Shown here piece after piece: positions 29,956-32,000 of a stretch of DNA of 32,000 nt (position 1 is the stretch's first letter; the number at the start of each line of letters is the position of its first letter). The DNA is from Candidatus Saccharimonadota bacterium (GTDB taxonomy: Bacteria > Pseudomonadota > Gammaproteobacteria > Enterobacterales > Enterobacteriaceae), in the NCBI RefSeq assembly GCF_014857065.1, contig NZ_CP046533.1:390001-422000 (forward strand). Direction: 5' to 3'. A program made the position numbers and the translations under genes. Below the pieces are notes generated by a model. The model was not told the DNA's origin. It ran no database searches and saw only the letters and a list, made by a program, of their open reading frames with translations.

Positions 29956-30972
29956 CTACAAGGATATATATTCCATAGACCAACGTGGTCGAACCAGTAT
30001 TTCTAAATCGCTAAATAAGCCAATTTTAAATCGCAACAATCCAACATAAGCAATCATAGCTCCATTATCAGTACAAAACTCTGGGCGAGCACAAAATAAT
30101 TGACTTCCCATTAAAAACACCATTTCTTTAAGTTGTTTACGCAAAGTTTCATTAGCGCTTACTCCGCCAGCAACTATTAAATTCTTTAACTTGGTAAATT
30201 CTAAAGCACGACGACATTTAGTAACTAATATATCCACCATTGTGTCTTCAAATACACGAGCTATATTTGCATAGGTTTGTTCTTCCGCATCGCTATTTTT
30301 AATTACATTAACAACAAATGTTTTTAATCCAGAAAAACTAAAATCAAAATTTGACCTATTAATTAGTGGACGTGGAAAAACATAACTATTTGATACGCCA
30401 TGTTGAGCTAATTTTGATAATGCCATTCCACCAGGATAACCTAATTTCAATAATTTAGCAATTTTATCAAAGGTTTCACCAGCAGCATCATCTAAAGATT
30501 CCCCTAATATCTTATAAATACCAATAGACGATGCCAAAATTAACTGAGTATGACCCCCAGAAACTAGTAATGCAACACAAGGAAAAGGAATTTCTTTATT
30601 ACATTGCAACATAGGTGATAACAAATGGCCTTCCATATGATGTACTGGAATAGCCGGTATTTGTAAAGCATAAGCTAAGGATCGACCAACAGACGCGCCA
30701 ACCATCAATGCAGCAATTAGGCCAGGTCCTGCAGTGTATGCAATTCCATCAATATCTGCCAATCTTAATTTTGCCTGTGACAATGATCTTTGTATCAATG
30801 GAACAACCTTAGACATATGGTCACGCGCTGCAAGTTCCGGAACTACACCTCCATAATTAGCATGTAATTTTGCTTGACTATAAATCTCATTAGATAATAA
30901 TCCACGATTTGCATCATAGACTGCTATGCCAGTCTCATCACATGATGTTTCAATTCCTAATATAAGACACAT
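29956..30972 (-). CDS. tsaD: tRNA N6-adenosine threonylcarbamoyltransferase TsaD (Gcp/YgjD)
   Basis: From the ATG at 30972, [18 protein letters not shown]...[16 protein letters not shown]......[21 protein letters not shown]...[16 protein letters not shown]...[10 protein letters not shown]...[12 protein letters not shown] matches E. coli TsaD from residue 1. The ORF-track start at 30999 is GTG with 9 extra residues. Confidence 0.95.
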   Translation of the reverse strand: MCLILGIETSCDETGIAVYDANRGLLSNEIYSQAKLHANYGGVVPELAARDHMSKVVPLIQRSLSQAKLRLADIDGIAYTAGPGLIAALMVGASVGRSLAYALQIPAIPVHHMEGHLLSPMLQCNKEIPFPCVALLVSGGHTQLILASSIGIYKILGESLDDAAGETFDKIAKLLKLGYPGGMALSKLAQHGVSNSYVFPRPLINRSNFDFSFSGLKTFVVNVIKNSDAEEQTYANIARVFEDTMVDILVTKCRRALEFTKLKNLIVAGGVSANETLRKQLKEMVFLMGSQLFCARPEFCTDNGAMIAYVGLLRFKIGLFSDLEILVRPRWSMEYISL

Positions 30973-31177
30973 TTCAAAAAAAATACCAACATAAAACACG
31001 TATAATATCTATAAAATCATTATAACACTAGACATTATACAAATACTGTAAATATCAAACAAAAACTTAGAAAAATAAACAAATATCTTTACAAAGATAC
31101 ATATTATTAAGTAAAATTCAGGCATCTGAATTTATAATGTTAAAACAGGACAAAATATTATAAGTAAGGTAGAAACT

Positions 31178-31393
31178 ATGCCTATTATCAAAATACGAGA
31201 AAATGAACCATTTGACGTGGCGTTGCGTCGTTTTAAGAGGTCTTGCGAAAAAGCAGGTATATTAACTGAGGTGCGTCGTCGAGAATTCTACGAAAAACCA
31301 ACAACAGAAAGAAAAAGAGCAAAAGCTTCTGCAGTTAAACGTCAAGCAAAAAGAACGGCAAGAGACAATGCGAAGCGAATTCGTCTATATTAA
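31178..31393 (+). CDS. rpsU: 30S ribosomal protein S21
   Basis: 71 aa. [57 protein letters not shown] is near-identical to E. coli S21. AAGGT lies upstream of the ATG. Confidence 0.98.
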   Translation: MPIIKIRENEPFDVALRRFKRSCEKAGILTEVRRREFYEKPTTERKRAKASAVKRQAKRTARDNAKRIRLY

Positions 31394-31548
31394 CAGATAT
31401 AAAACATGTGTATATTCAAAGACAATGACTAAGATAATAATTTAACTAATTTATCTGGGTCCATATAACTAGGATATATAAGACATACGAAACAAAAAAT
31501 CGATTTGGACCGCATAAAACTTTAAAATATCTTCAGTATAAATGGATT

Positions 31549-32000
31549 ATGACTATTAGTAATAAGATTCCTCAAACAATAATTAATGAATTAATAGCGA
31601 AAACAAACATAATAAATATCATAAACCAAAGAATAAAACTTAAGAAACATGGTAAAAATTTTTATGCCTGTTGCCCGTTCCATTATGAAAAACGTCCATC
31701 TTTTACAGCTAACGAAGAAAAACAATTTTTTTACTGTTTTAGCTGTGGCATACATGGAAATGCTATAGATTTTATAATGTACTACAATAAACTTAATTTC
31801 ATAGAATCAATAAAAGAATTAGCTCACATTCACAATGTTAACATAAACCACAAAAAAAATAATTATATTCGTGATGTAAAAAAGCACAAACAACATGAAC
31901 AATTATATCTATTAATGAATCGCCTATCTAATTTTTACCAAAATATTTTAACGAAAACAACATCTAGATCAGCTAGAGAATATCTACAAAATCGCGGCAT
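31549..32000 (+). CDS. dnaG: DNA primase, N-terminal zinc-binding part. It runs off the window end and is absent from the ORF track.
   Basis: Manual translation from the ATG at 31549 gives MTISNKIPQTIINELIAKTNIINIINQRIKLKKHGKNFYACCPFHYEKRPSFTANEEKQFFYCFSCGIHGNAIDFIMYYNKLNFIESIKELA... The CCPFHxEKxPSF...CFxCGxHGnaIdF zinc ribbon matches E. coli DnaG. It follows rpsU as in the rpsU-dnaG-rpoD operon. Confidence 0.9.
   Translation, partial: MTISNKIPQTIINELIAKTNIINIINQRIKLKKHGKNFYACCPFHYEKRPSFTANEEKQFFYCFSCGIHGNAIDFIMYYNKLNFIESIKELAHIHNVNINHKKNNYIRDVKKHKQHEQLYLLMNRLSNFYQNILTKTTSRSAREYLQNRG

Noticed and set aside
31133-31138. A TATAAT hexamer 40 nt upstream of rpsU, considered as a promoter -10 box.
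   Set aside because: There is no acceptable -35 element at 16-18 nt spacing (the best is agtaaa). TATAAT-like hexamers are frequent by chance in DNA that is about 75% AT. It is plausible but not supportable from sequence alone.
31458-31511. ggtcca...tggacc complementary hexamers flanking 42 nt between rpsU and dnaG, considered as the equivalent of the E. coli rpsU-dnaG internal terminator.
   Set aside because: There are only 6 bp of pairing, with a 42-nt loop and no T-run. This is not convincing as an intrinsic terminator.

Overview
This window is about 32 kb of a very AT-rich genome (by eye roughly 25-30% G+C). Genes are short and intact, separated by long featureless A/C-rich spacers. This is the typical look of a reduced, Enterobacterales-derived insect endosymbiont. 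Blochmannia-like is only my guess and needs a database search. I can support 31 protein-coding ORFs (30 genes, because hldE is split in two) and 2 tRNA genes. All are housekeeping: ribosomal proteins S6/S18/L9/S21, purA, hflKC, miaA, amiB, tsaE/tsaD, orn, psd, mscM, epmA, efp, groESL, cutA, metC, plsC, ribB, hldE, cca, uppP, folB, plsY, dnaG and cysQ. Gene order is perfectly collinear with two blocks of the E. coli K-12 map, as I recall it. Block 1 (cysQ down to cutA-pheU, about b4214 to b4134) is inverted. It is joined exactly at a tRNA-Phe gene to block 2 (metC up to rpsU-dnaG, about b3008 to b3066). Many ancestral genes have been excised, leaving spacers of about 30 to 700 bp. I see no IS elements, prophage genes, CRISPR arrays, toxin-antitoxin pairs, defence genes or any cluster of unknown ORFs, so I find no convincing previously undescribed system here. 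The items most worth a second look are footprints of reductive evolution: (1) a 1-nt indel splits bifunctional hldE exactly at its interdomain linker into two intact ORFs; (2) tRNA-Phe has G37 instead of A37 and an anticodon-stem mismatch, although miaA is retained; (3) the tRNA-Phe sits at a junction best explained by a pheU/pheV inversion; (4) a perfect 46-nt palindrome sits at the very window edge inside cysQ; (5) Cca keeps its nucleotidyltransferase head but has lost the HD-domain metal ligands, while both tRNA genes lack an encoded CCA; (6) epmA and efp are retained without epmB at its ancestral site.
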